From positions 131,130,001 to 131,194,000 of the forward strand of contig OX597814.1 of NCBI GenBank assembly GCA_951406725.2: 64,000 nt of DNA, read 5' to 3'. The position numbers and the translations under genes were made by a program. Below are positions 12,775-25,855 of the stretch, piece after piece. Below the pieces are notes generated by a model, which was not told the DNA's origin, searched no databases, and was given only the letters and a program-made list of their open reading frames with translations. This DNA is from Octopus vulgaris. Taxonomy: Eukaryota. Numbering within the stretch: position 1 is the stretch's first letter; each line of letters starts with the position of its first letter.

Positions 12775-13715
12775 CCAACTCGGCCAGCCCCAAGAAAAAA
12801 ACTAAGCTGTAAGCATTAGATTTCTTGGTAGAAGACAGGAATGTGAACGCACAAGACGGATGTGAATACAAGAGACGAAAACGAAATTGAAAACAGTAAT
12901 GAATAGACAAAATATATAGAACGGTGGTTGTCATACGACTTTAGACCAATGAGACAAAAACACAACAACAACATAGCTGGCGTAGAAATAATTACCGTTT
13001 CGGTAGCGGGGACACATGTTGGTCGAGATACGAAGGCCAACAGAATGGTTTAAGAAGCAGCAGGTCGCAGGAGAGAGAGAAAGAGAGACAGAGAGAGAGG
13101 GAATCAAAGAGGGTGGAAGGCAGGGGACAGAATCAGTGACCAAGGGAGAAGGAGAAAGAAGGGATTAAGGAGGATGGGAGGAAGAGGGGAGGAGGATGGG
13201 AGGAAGAATCGGAGGGCGCCAAAAAGTTTGGTGAAGAAGCAATGGCGGGTAGTAAAAGACAGTGTGTATAGAAGTCGTGCAGGTTTTAAAATTGGACAAA
13301 CAAACGGGGGGGTGCACGTAACGCCGCAATAATATAAGAATGAATGTTTTTATATATAATGAACGTGAAATACAGGAAGGGACGAATATTCATTTACTGC
13401 CGACTGAAACTGCGCTTCCGTGGCGAATTTGAAAAATTAACATGTATAACGATGAGCCAAGGTGTTATTCATCTCTTAGTTATATGTTAGTGTTATGGCA
13501 CGGTCACTGATGGGAAATTCACCTAGCAAATTATATTATTTGCTCAAAAAAATTTGAAGCCTAGGTCTGACCGTAATAAAATAACAAGGTAATTTATTTT
13601 TATTCCTTTTGAAGATTGCTCTTAAATGTGGTTTTGGTCATTTTGACTAATTCTTCAAGCGTGTAAAACTACTTGTTGAAGGCAGTTTCTCTTGTGTTTA
13701 AATGTACACTATTTT

Positions 13716-13787
<72 letters not shown>

Positions 13788-13791
13788 GTAA

Positions 13792-13917
<126 letters not shown>

Positions 13918-13924
13918 GTATATA

Positions 13925-13993
<69 letters not shown>

Positions 13994-13996
13994 ATA

Positions 13997-14279
13997 ATGG
14001 CCCAGTGGTTAGGGCAGCGGACTCGCGGTCGTAGGATCGCGGTTTCGGTTCCCAAACCGGGCGTTGTGAGTGTTTATTGAGCGAAAACACCTAAAGCCCC
14101 ATGAGGCTCCGGCAGGGGTGGTGGTGATCCCTGCTGTACTCTTTCCCCACAACTTTCTCTCACTCTTTCTTCTGTTGGCCTACTCGCTTAGCCATTGTAG
14201 GCTAAAACAATGCGAAGCGCACTGTCACCAGCGATGTGTAACAACATCTGATGGCCTGGTCGGTCACGTAATCACGTGA
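13997..14279 (+). mobile_element. tRNA-derived SINE (atggcccagtggttagggcagcgg family), ending cacgtgat next to (TA)n
   Basis: A box tggcccagtggttagg, B box ggtttcggttccc; homologous to 49766-50061 and 55368-55663 (minus). Confidence 0.85.
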
Positions 14280-14301
14280 TATATATATATATATATTAAT
14301 A

Positions 14302-14375
14302 GATACATACATACATACATACATACATGCATACATACACACATACATACATACTTACATACATGCATACATATA

Positions 14376-14415
<40 letters not shown>

Positions 14416-14514
14416 TAGATACATACATACATGCATACATACACACATACATACATACTTACATACATGCATACATACATACATACATACTTACATACAT
14501 ACATACATGCATAC

Positions 14515-14545
<31 letters not shown>

Positions 14546-14626
14546 CATACACACATGCATACATACATACATGCATACATACATACATACATACATACAT
14601 GCATACATACACACATACATACATAC

Positions 14627-14657
<31 letters not shown>

Positions 14658-14666
14658 CATGCATAC

Positions 14667-14697
<31 letters not shown>

Positions 14698-14875
14698 CAT
14701 ACATACATGCATACTTACATACATACATACATACATACATACATGCATACATACATACATACATACATACATACATACATACATGCATACCTACATACAT
14801 ACATACATACATACATGCATACATACATACATACATACATACATACATACATACATACATACATACATACATGCA
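14302..14875. repeat. Long (CATA)n microsatellite, degenerate
   Basis: Direct reading. Confidence 0.95.
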
Positions 14876-15028
14876 TGTAATTTGTGAGTGCTGTTATCTG
14901 TTTGTGACTGTAACTTCTGCCGATTATTAATAACCCCTCGCACACACACACATACATGCATGCATATACAATTGTTCGTTTGTTTTCCACCTGCCTTCGT
15001 CTTTTGTTTATTTTCATAAAGCTTCCCG

Positions 15029-15065
<37 letters not shown>

Positions 15066-15331
15066 CGCGTGGCGTGTGTGAGTGTGTGTGTATATATATA
15101 TATATATCATATTTGTATGCACGAACTTAAAACAACAGTATAGCAAATCCGAGCTCAACGCTTTGCCTTTGTTATTAGCTGAAGGTAATAATGCTCCTGT
15201 GCGAATGAAAAATGTTTTTCTATTTCACTTGCCCATCGGGAAATATGTAGAAATGAATCATTATTTGTTATTATTAAAATAACTATCAGGATTTCAGTTG
15301 GCCTATATCTTGAATTTGTAAACATTGATAT

Positions 15332-15650
15332 AGGCGTAGGAGTGGCTGTGTAGTGAGTAGCTTGCTTACCAACTACATGGTTCCGGGTTCAGTACCACTG
15401 CGTGGCACCTTGGGCAAATGTCTTCTACTATAGCCTCGGGCCGACCAAAGCGTTTGTGAGTGGATTTGGTAGGCGGAATCTGAAAGAAGCCCGTCGAATA
15501 TATGTATATATATATATATATATATAGGGCTCAACGTTGGTTGAACCTTTTATTCGCAATATTACCGAATCTGGAACTTAACTATGGTCTGTTTATAGCA
15601 CTTATTCAGCATTACCTGACACCTTTGGGTCTTAATGACACCATTATCTC

Positions 15651-15738
<88 letters not shown>

Positions 15739-15952
15739 GTGTGTCTGTGTTTGTCCCCACAACATCGCTTGACAACCGATGGTTATGTGTTTACGTCCCC
15801 GTAATTTAGCGGTTCGACAAAAGAGACCGATAGAATAAGTACTAGGCTTACAAAGAATAAGTCCCGGGGTCGATTTGCCCGACTAAAAGCGTTGCTCCAG
15901 CATGGCCGCAGTCAAATGACTGAAACAGGTAAAAGAGTAAAGAGAGTAAAGA
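15332..15952 (+). mobile_element. CORE-type SINE with internal microsatellites and a ~120-bp insertion
   Basis: ggcgtaggagtggctgtgtag..caccttgggcaaatgtcttc.., 3' part catggccgcagtcaaatgactgaaac plus (taaaagag)n tail. Confidence 0.85.
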
Positions 15953-16179
15953 GCAGCTGTAATAACGAAAATAACTATGCTGCCGAAATTTCAATAACGT
16001 ATCTTAATAAATAGTGACGCATATATGAATGAGAAAAAGCGTAATTTTGTTTACGCCATATTTAGTTTGGAGTATGAGTATCGATAAATGTGGACATCAG
16101 ACACTTGCGGAAGTATTTTGTGTCGATAAGCTCTCTATCTGTCCTCAACGTGTCTCCTGCTGATGAACGTATTATATTT

Positions 16180-16409
16180 CTTTTGCTCTTTTACTTGTTT
16201 CAGTCATTTTGACTGTGGCTATGCTGCAGCATCGCCTTTAGTCGAGGAAATCGACCCCAGGACTTATTCTTTGTAAGCCTAGTACTTATTCTCTCTCTTC
16301 TCTTTCGCCGAACCGCTAAGTGACGGGGACGTAAATACACCAGCATCGGTTGTCAAGCGATGCTGGTGGGGGGGGGGGCAAACACAGACACACAAACATA
16401 TACACACGT

Positions 16410-16455
<46 letters not shown>

Positions 16456-16612
16456 GACGGGCTTCTTTCAGGCTCCGTCTACCAAATCCATTCACAAGGC
16501 TTTGGTCGGCCCGAGCCTAGAGTAGAAGACACTTGCCCAAGGTGCCACGCAGTGGGACTGAACCCGGAACCATGTGGTTCGTAAGCAAGCTACTTACCAT
16601 ACAGCCACTCCA
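16180..16612 (-). mobile_element. CORE-type SINE
   Basis: Reverse complement of the 28937-29345 family. Confidence 0.85.
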
Positions 16613-16831
16613 ACGAATTGCATATCTCTATAATGTTTATATAATTCTTCTACATATTTCTGCCATAAACATGAGTTCTATGTCTAAGACAAGAATACGT
16701 GTGTTTATTTTAGTGTGTGCACCCCGACTGCTTTGTACTTGTCATTTCGTTTCTAATACATTTAATACATTTATATATTATCACTCTGAGAGATAAATAA
16801 AAAATTTTTATAGAATACATTGCTAATGCTA

Positions 16832-16872
<41 letters not shown>

Positions 16873-16989
16873 ATTGCTATGGCTGAAATATTTGTTCATT
16901 TCACTAACACACACATACGCGCGCGCGCGCACACAAGCATCTATATATTTATTTAACTATGTATCTATTTCTCTCTTTCTCTCTCCATA

Positions 16990-17145
16990 TGTGTGGCTGT
17001 GTAGTAAGAAGTTTGCTTCCAAACCACATGGTACTGTGTTCAATCCCACTGCATGGCATTTTCGGCAAATGTCTTCTACTCTAGCCTCGGGCCGACCAAA
17101 ACCTTCGGAGTGGATTTGGTTAACGGAGACTGAAAGAAGCTCGTC

Positions 17146-17200
<55 letters not shown>

Positions 17201-17440
17201 CGTGTGTGTGTATACATTTGTGTGTTTGTGTCTGTGTTTGTTCCCCCACCACTACCACCGTCGCGTGACAACCGATGTTGGTGTGCTATGTACCCGTAAA
17301 TTTGCGATTCGGCAAAAGAGATCGATATAATAACCACGCTTAAATCGAATAAATCCTGAGTTGATTTGTTTGACTAAAACCTCTTAAGGTAATACTCCAA
17401 CATGGCCGCAGTCAAAATGACCGAAGCAAATAAAAGAATA
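16990..17440 (+). mobile_element. CORE-type SINE, diverged
   Basis: gtggctgtgtagtaag..ggcaaatgtcttctac..catggccgcagtcaaaatga. Confidence 0.8.
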
Positions 17441-17442
17441 TA

Positions 17443-17545
<103 letters not shown>

Positions 17546-17681
17546 CTTACTGTGAACAAGGCTGCATGGCGTTCGATTATACATAAATAAAAAGTACACA
17601 TTAAGTACAGGAATCGCCAACGAGTGATAAATACGTAAACACACAAGAGAAAAGTATGGGACAAAATACCAAAAGAAGTCT

Positions 17682-17745
17682 CAGTCCTCCTCAGTTCTCG
17701 ACTTTTATTACTTCCTATTTCGTGCTTTCAACGACAAGATAGGAA
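17682..17745 (-). ncRNA. Candidate non-circularly permuted hammerhead (left arm of an inverted pair)
   Basis: Minus: ttccta UC ttgtcg ttgaaa gcac GAAA taggaa ... cgagaa CUGAGGA ggactg; helix III 7 bp, helix I with one mismatch, helix II weak. Confidence 0.55.
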
Positions 17746-17965
17746 AATTTCATAAGACAGCAGCATCCAGAAATTTTTAGAATATAAAGTTTGTGGCGAG
17801 TTAGGGCCTCGAACGAAAAGCAACAACAGATTGGACGTACAGAGTAAACATACGACGAAAACAAACATTGAGGGCCGTCAGATTAAGACGAATCGTAATG
17901 GGTAACGCCTGGGAGAAATTTTGAAAGAATATAGAATAAATATATTCCTTCAAAATTATGAAGTT

Positions 17966-18030
17966 TTCCTATCTTGTCGTTGAAAGCACGAAATAGGGAG
18001 TGATAAATAGTAGACAACTGAGGAGGAGTT
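17966..18030 (+). ncRNA. Candidate non-circularly permuted hammerhead (right arm of an inverted pair)
   Basis: ttccta UC ttgtc gttgaaa gcac GAAA taggga ...13 nt... gacaa CUGAGGA ggagtt; intact core, helix I ttgtc/gacaa, helix II weak. Confidence 0.65.
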
Positions 18031-18128
18031 AGACTTCTTTTGGTATTTTGTCCCGTACTTATCTCTCGCTAGGTGTTTGCGTATTTTTCGGGTGATATCC
18101 TGCACTTTATGAGTATCTCACACACACA

Positions 18129-18193
<65 letters not shown>

Positions 18194-19429
18194 GTATATG
18201 TATGCATGTACTCTCTTTTACCTGTTTCAATCATTTCACCGTGGCCATTCTGTAGCACCGCATTTTAGTCGAGCAAATAGAACCCCATGACTTATTCTTT
18301 GTAAGCCTAGTACTTATTCTATCGGTCATTTTACTGAACCGGTAAGTTACAGGGAACGTAAACACACCAGCATCGGTTGTCAAGCGAAGTTGGGGGGACA
18401 AACACAGACACACAAACATATACACATGCATACATATATATATCTCAGAGTGATAATAAATAAATATATATATATTATTAATTTGCCTGTACGGCTTACG
18501 CTCGCGGCTAACTAGGATATTATTTTTTAGAAATATTATCGTTCTCAAATTTATTACTGGCGGACTGCGTCTAAAATTATTGGTTGCCAGAAGACTAAGG
18601 GGGCCCAACCACAACTACAATGATATCATTTAATTATTTTTTTGTGAAATGTATCCTTTTCAACTGTCTACAAGCCAGGTTGAAATAATGAATGCATTCT
18701 TCCAGGAGTTAATAAAAAAAATTCTCAAACTTGAGGGGATGGGACCTTTAGATACTAACATGGACCCCCCATATATGGATTCTAATGGCGCCATCGGACA
18801 AGCTGGCAACTTGGCCAGTCTGCCACTGCATATACATACATACATATTTCGTCCTTCGTCGAAAGACACCTATTGTGTTCTGTTATTATATTTATTGTTT
18901 TTTTTTATTGTATTTATATTTGTGTAACATTGTCCGTTTTTTCCGTCCTTGTTTTTGTATACATTCGCTGCCTTCTTCCAAGGAACCTAATGCTCTTAGC
19001 TTAGTTTTTCCTTGGGGCTGGCCAGATTGTTCTCTTATATATAAAGAGAGAGGGGAGGGGAGGGATGGAGAGAGAGAGAGAGAGAGAGAGAGTGATAGAT
19101 AGGTATCGATATAGATATGTTGATACATACTTATATACGCACGCATTCATACACATTTAAGCGTGGTAGAGTAGGAAAATGAGCGTTAAAATGATATTGC
19201 TCATGATGTTATATAGGTGTGTGGTGGATAAAAAACGGAGAAGTAACTTTTTTAAGGCATTAAATTATTTATAAAGAAGATGCCCAAATATACATTTAAA
19301 TATAATTAAGCACAACGTTGCAAGATAGTCCATGGTAGTCGTTCATAAATGGGTAGATATCCAGAGATTACATTTGCGAAAATATCATTGAGAAGAAAGA
19401 AGAATATCCGACTCACACTCAAACAGACA

Positions 19430-19800
19430 CACGTAATTGTGGCACTCCGTCGGTTACGACGATGAGGGTTCCAGTTGATCCGATCAACAGAACAGCCTGC
19501 TCTTGAAATTAACGTGCAAGTGGCTGAGCACTCCACAGACACGTGTACCCTTAACATAGTTCTCTGGGGAGATTCACCGTGACACTGAGTGTAACAAGGT
19601 TGTTTCTTTTGAAATACAGGTACAACAGAAACAGGAAGAAAGAGCGAATGCTGTGGTAAACGGGTACAGCAAGGATCACCACCACACCCTGCCGGAGCCT
19701 CGTGGAGCTCTTAGGTGTTTTTGCTCAAAAAACACTCACAACGCCCGGGTTGGGAATCGAAACCGCGAGTCCGCTGCCCTAACCACTGGGCCATTGCGAC
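19430..19800 (-). mobile_element. tRNA-derived SINE with ...gatcggatcaactggaaccctcatcgtcgtaaccgacggagtgcc 3' part
   Basis: Head like the 13997 family; 3' part homologous to 28470-28705 and ~63815-63990. Confidence 0.75.
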
Positions 19801-19846
19801 CCCACACACACGTAATATATAGTTTCATGCATGCATATATACATAT

Positions 19847-20672
19847 AAGGCGGCAAGTTGGCAGAAATGTTAGCACGCCGGGCGAAATGCTTAGCAGTAT
19901 TTCGTCTGCCGCTACGTTCTGAGTTCCAATTCCGCCGAGGTCGACTTTGCCTTTCATCCTTTCAGGATCGATTAAATAAGTACCAGTTACGCACTGGGGT
20001 CGATATAATCGACTTAATCCCTTTGTCTGTCCTTGTTTGTCCTCTCTGTGTTTAGCCCCTTGTGGGTAGTAATGAAATAGGTATTCTGAGTTCAAATTCC
20101 GCCAAGGTCGACTTTGCCTTTCCTCCTTTCGGGGACGATTAAGTTCAAATTCCACCAATGTCGACTTTGCCTTTTATCCTTTCGGTGTCGATAAATTAAA
20201 TACCAGTTGGGTACAGAGGTCGATCTAATCCACTGGCTCTCTCCAACAAGATATCGGGCCTTGTTCCCAAAGTAGAAAAGAATATTTTCATCCGGTAAGG
20301 CGCTACCAGCCGCTACCTTCTGAGTTCAAATTCCGCTGAGGTCGACTTTGCCTTTCATTCTTTCGGAGTCGATAAATTAAGTACCAGCTACGCACTGGAG
20401 TCGATATAATTGACTTAATCCCTTTGTTCTTGTTTGTCCCCTCTATCCCTTGCGGGCAATAATGAAATAAGAAACGTTAGCACGCCGGGCGAAATATTTT
20501 GCGATATTTTGTCTGTTTTTACGTTCCGAGTTCAAATTCCGCCGAGGTTGACTTTGCCTTTCATCCTTTCGGGGTCGATAAATTAAGTACCAGTTGCATA
20601 CTGGTGTCGATCTAATCGACTGGCTCCCTCCCCCAAAAATTGTGTGCCTTGTGCCTAGAGAAGAAAAGAATA
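19847..20672 (+). mobile_element. Multimeric Meta-type SINE array
   Basis: About five reiterations of gagttcaaattccgccgaggtcgactttgcctttcatcctttcgg. Confidence 0.85.
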
Positions 20673-21209
20673 TTTCCCTTGCATATTGTGACGATGTAGT
20701 TAAGGGTTAACATGAAGACTGGTGATTTGTCAGTTGGCTTATGGAATAGCAGTAATTACTCTGTGGCGTCGAATAAAAGAGACATGGTTTTTAATTCTCA
20801 CGTGGCTGTCATTTTATATCGATTTTCATATTGGCTATGTAAATCTGCACAAAAGCAATTTTTTTTGTAGAAAAAAGTTAGCATACACAAAAGAAAAAAT
20901 CAGCAACAACAAAATAACAGCTATACTCGCACGCATTCACATATGATATATGAGGAATGCTATGCAATACAGTCATCAGCTATCTTTCTATTTGAAAGCA
21001 GATATTACTTTTATGGCATAGTATATGCATAAAACATATGTATATAGTCTTTGCTGCAATATTACAATATTCCAAAATCTAAAAGCTTACACACGCACAC
21101 ACATACGCGTGCGTACACACACATATGTATGTGCATATATATATGCATGTATATTTTATATACCAACACATACGTATACGTTTATTTGCACATATATACA
21201 AATATATAT

Positions 21210-21265
<56 letters not shown>

Positions 21266-21519
21266 GTATATACATACATACATGCATGCATACATACATA
21301 CAAAAATACCCCATTGTTGATGTAAAAATTCCAATGAAGGAGCCTTGGATCTAGGATAGAAACCGGTTCTTTCTCTATGGGCAAGAAATTTTGAAATAAA
21401 CTGAATAATGACATACATACATACATACATATTACATATATACGTACGTACATACATACATGCATACATGCATACATACATGCATACATACATGCATACA
21501 TACATACTTACATACATAT

Positions 21520-22883
21520 TAAAGTTTAAGATTGTAGCAAAAATGAGCAACAAGAACGAAATACATATTAGTACTTTGTGCCGTAGGCTTTATTCTTAAT
21601 AACGGCTGAACAACGCCTCGGCATTGAATTCGCTAAGTGATTTCAAAATTCTATGGGAATGTTTTGCCATATTTCATTCATATAATCGAATAATTGCTTT
21701 AGATTAGATGGGTTTTTTAGCATGGACTTTTTTTGGAAACATAATTCTACAAGCTCTTGATCGGATTCAGGTCCGGGCTCTGGGGAGTCCATTCGATTAC
21801 GTCAATATTGTGGTGATCAAAAAATTCCTTTTTGTCTTTGTGCACAGGACTATTGTCCTGCTGATAAATAGCCCCCGGAGGCATTTGGTGAGTTAAATAT
21901 GACACAACATTCTCCTTTAGTAGATTCATATAATCTACACTATTTAGCTTTCCATCAACTTTAAACTTGAGGGCCAAACACCAAAGCTACTAAATGATGC
22001 CCACACCATCACACCCCTACATCTGCTTGCGCCGTCTTTTTCACGCATTTCGGATGGAATTCCTCGGTTGGGCGACGTCTGACGTATGTTTTACCATCTG
22101 ATTCAAATATATAGAAGCGTGACTCGTCACTCCAATCTTCGGCAGTCCATTGAGCATGGCTTTTTGAGAAATTAAGGCGTTTGAGTCAATTTCTTTCGGA
22201 TATTATTGGCTTTTTCCTAGCGATTCGTCCATGTAGTCCAAATTCTCTCAAACGGTTGCGGACGGTTTGTGGTGTAAAAATAGCACCATTCTCGTTGGAC
22301 AATTGTATACAAATGTCAACGGCTATCAGCATTCGGTTACCTTCCGAAAGGCAGTGGATTCGATGGTCTAACTGCGCCGTCGTTTTTCTTGGGGCGCCAG
22401 TCCTTTGCTGATCTTTATATTAACTAGTCTCCGAGTATAACTTCCACGCTTGCATGCAAGCTGTTTTACTGCACTTTAGTTGCTTGCTGATGTTCGAGAA
22501 GGAAACTTTTTGCTGGTGGAGTAATACAATTTTTGCTCTTGTGACTGTTGCTTTCCCATTATTAATCAATTGTATAATAATGTTAAATTATAATACTATA
22601 TAGTGCAGCTAGGCTAGTTGTGTGACCACCCAATTTAGCGAAAAAAAATTGCATACATATTACATGGTCTTAAACTAATTTTGCCAGTAAATTTGAAACG
22701 TTTATATTAACTTAGCATTAGAATTCAAGTTGTATAAAAATAGTTATTGTCTGCATCATTCGAAAGAGAAATAAATTCTGCATAAGGTGTAAAAGATAAA
22801 AATAACTTGTATGGTGTTAGTAACAAAATATTTTGTAAGAAATAGAACTTTTATCATCGGTCTTAAATTTATTTTCGCCAGTG
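21520..22883 (-). mobile_element. Tc1-family DNA transposon; near-full-length inactivated transposase (ATG at 22559), IR/DR-type end
   Basis: MGKA..RAKIVLLHQQ..RTGAPRKTT..TVRNRLREFGLHGRIARKKP..WTAEDW..SDESRF..VMVWA..YQQDNSPVH..WTPQSPDLNPI; stops present; terminus cactggcgaaaataaatttaagacc before TA (22884-5), with an inner direct repeat at ~22665-22689. Confidence 0.92.
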
Positions 22884-23499
22884 TATGGTGAATAAAATCA
22901 AAGTAAGCAACAAGATATCATAAGGTGATGCAGTGCGACCGTTTCAAGCGATCCGTTTAATTGAACAATGCAATTATTGCATCAATTAAAATGCAGGGTT
23001 ATCCTCAGCTGCATAAATAAATAGAATTTTTTAATCAGTTGGACACGTTAATATAATTTTTCTTAAATTCTCTAATAGAGCAAGAAGAGGGAAAAAGTCC
23101 ATGTTGCTACTAATGTAGCACAAAATATACTACACTTCTAAGAACACTATGAAGTTTGTTAGGGTCATAGCTTGTAATAGATTGTGGTTCATTTTTAATT
23201 TATTAATCTTTTTTATCTGCTACCAAATCTAAGGCTAGAGGACAGTGTCTGTTTAGAATGGATAGAAGGAGTGAGTTGACAGTTTGGTCATAAATATTGT
23301 CAGGATTTTAGGAAATGTGTAAGTAATTGTCTATAAAGGATGCTGGGTAGGGAAGACCCTAAATCAAAATGTTAATTACTAGTTTAAGGGGCAAGACGGT
23401 AATAAAACCTATGATGTTAATACAGAGGAAATTACCATGGGTACAATGGATGACTGCATATAAACAATATTGTTGTATGAAGATAAATTTAAGATTACT

Positions 23500-23645
23500 A
23501 AACCAGAAAAGATAAACACCACTGGAAAATACGAAAACTAAAAGAAGCAGCACATAAGCTAGGACACAACAACCTCCTAAGCAGACCGAGTGCAGATATG
23601 AATAGCATATGGGAACCAGTATTAAGGAAGGATAGGAGAATATTA
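23500..23645 (+). mobile_element. Penelope-like element endonuclease C-terminal remnant
   Basis: KDKHHWKIRKLKEAAHKLGHNNLLSRPSADMNSIWEPVL resembles the R..KEA..W tail of PLE GIY-YIG domains; short. Confidence 0.45.
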
Positions 23646-23763
23646 GATTTATGAGCCCTAAAATTCACTCCATAATTGCCCACAGCGTAGTGGGCAATTA
23701 TGGCGTAGTGGTTGAGCGCAGGCTAGAAACCCCCAAGATTCCAAGTTCGATTCCAGGGAGTGT

Positions 23764-24376
<613 letters not shown>

Positions 24377-24470
24377 AAAATAACAACAACAACAACAAAA
24401 ACAAAAACAACAACAACAGCATCGAAAAATACCTTAGGAATGAGAATCCAGGTTCGAAATTTCCCCAAGA

Positions 24471-24514
24471 AGACCCGATGAAGGCTGCAGGGTATATCAG
24501 CCGAAACTTTGTGT
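24471..24514 (+). ncRNA. Degenerate minimal type I hammerhead motif
   Basis: agac CCGAUGA a ggcug-cagggtatat-cagcc GAAA cu UU gtgt; same family as 5608-5651. Confidence 0.55.
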
Positions 24515-25165
24515 TAACAACAAACAAGACGAGGACAAATATCCGTCAAATGTAAATAATGTACATGTATGGCTGTCACTAGGAGTGGAGACTGACTTAC
24601 ATGTTGCATACAAGACTTTTACTGCTGTCAGGGTTTGTGCATTTACAAACAGACTCCAAATACTATATCGACCTTCCTATGTTAGATTCAGCGGAGCATC
24701 CAGATCAGAGAGAGAGAGAAGGCTGCTACAGCAGCAGCAGCAGTTAGCTGGTGCTCAGGAGTAACATGGAGTGGATTAACGCGCCGCCCAATCCAAGGAT
24801 CGAAACCATGGAGCTTCTTATGCTTGCGAGCATCACACACTAGCTATTATTTTACTTACCTTCAGTAATGTAATTACGGGGAGAGTGAAAGAATCTCTTT
24901 GTTATAATAAGTAGCACACGGTCGTCTGGCATGTAACGGTTAAGCCGTTTGAGTCCCGTGGGAGAAGCTGTTCTCTTGCTTCTGTCATAGAATGCTGCTT
25001 CTGACTCATAAATATTTAATGTATGTTATTTGTGTTCATATTTCCTTGTCGTACATACATACATACATGTTTCCGTGTCGTACATGCGTACATACATAGC
25101 GACATACAAATATACATGCAAATATGTTTATAATTATATACTTTTATATATATTCATACATATAT

Positions 25166-25199
<34 letters not shown>

Positions 25200-25204
25200 A
25201 CACA

Positions 25205-25291
<87 letters not shown>

Positions 25292-25412
25292 ACATGCATA
25301 CATATATATATACATATATACATATATGTGTATGTATGTAATATATGTGTGTTGTATATACAAGTGTATATAATGTATGTATATACACATATATATATAC
25401 ATATATATATAC

Positions 25413-25447
<35 letters not shown>

Positions 25448-25516
25448 GGAGTAAACACATAAATGTGAAACAAGGTGGAAAAAAGAGTACTCAAATACCA
25501 GTGGTAGAGTAATATG

Positions 25517-25679
25517 CTTTATTTTAAGCAGCAGAAAAATCAACAAAATCTGTTACTCTGAGTTTCTCGTTGCCGTTCATCAGACAGTTTTTGCTAGATT
25601 CTAGCAAAAACTGTCTGATGAACGGCAACGAGAAACTCAGAGTACAGATTTTGTTGATTTTTCTGCTGCTTAAAATAAA

Positions 25680-25680
<1 letters not shown>
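25517..25680. repeat. Near-perfect palindrome (82/81-bp arms, 1-nt spacer at 25599) with a type I hammerhead motif on each strand
   Basis: Minus 25544-25593: caaaaactgt CUGAUGA a cg-GCAA-cg a GAAA ctc-a-gag UA acagattttg; plus copy 25605-25653 lacks one A. Confidence 0.9.
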
Positions 25681-25716
<36 letters not shown>

Positions 25717-25735
25717 CATATATATATACATACAT

Positions 25736-25772
<37 letters not shown>

Positions 25773-25824
25773 CGCACACAGATACATACATACACACATT
25801 TTGCATGTGCAACGGTATATGATA

Positions 25825-25855
<31 letters not shown>

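Larger units (their letters stand above)
11216..13386 (-). repeat. Tandem array of ~705-bp units (3 full copies plus ~55 bp), non-coding, abutting (TA)n; candidate retrozyme
   Basis: gaatgaatgtttttat starts at 11221, 11925, 12632 and 13338 (periods 704/707/706); copies differ mainly in homopolymer and short-repeat lengths; a diverged inverted fragment lies at ~18930-19025. Confidence 0.95.

Noticed and set aside
11216-13386. CRISPR-like array or protein-coding tandem genes
   Set aside because: Units are ~705-bp full repeats with no unique spacers; short ORFs are broken by indels between copies
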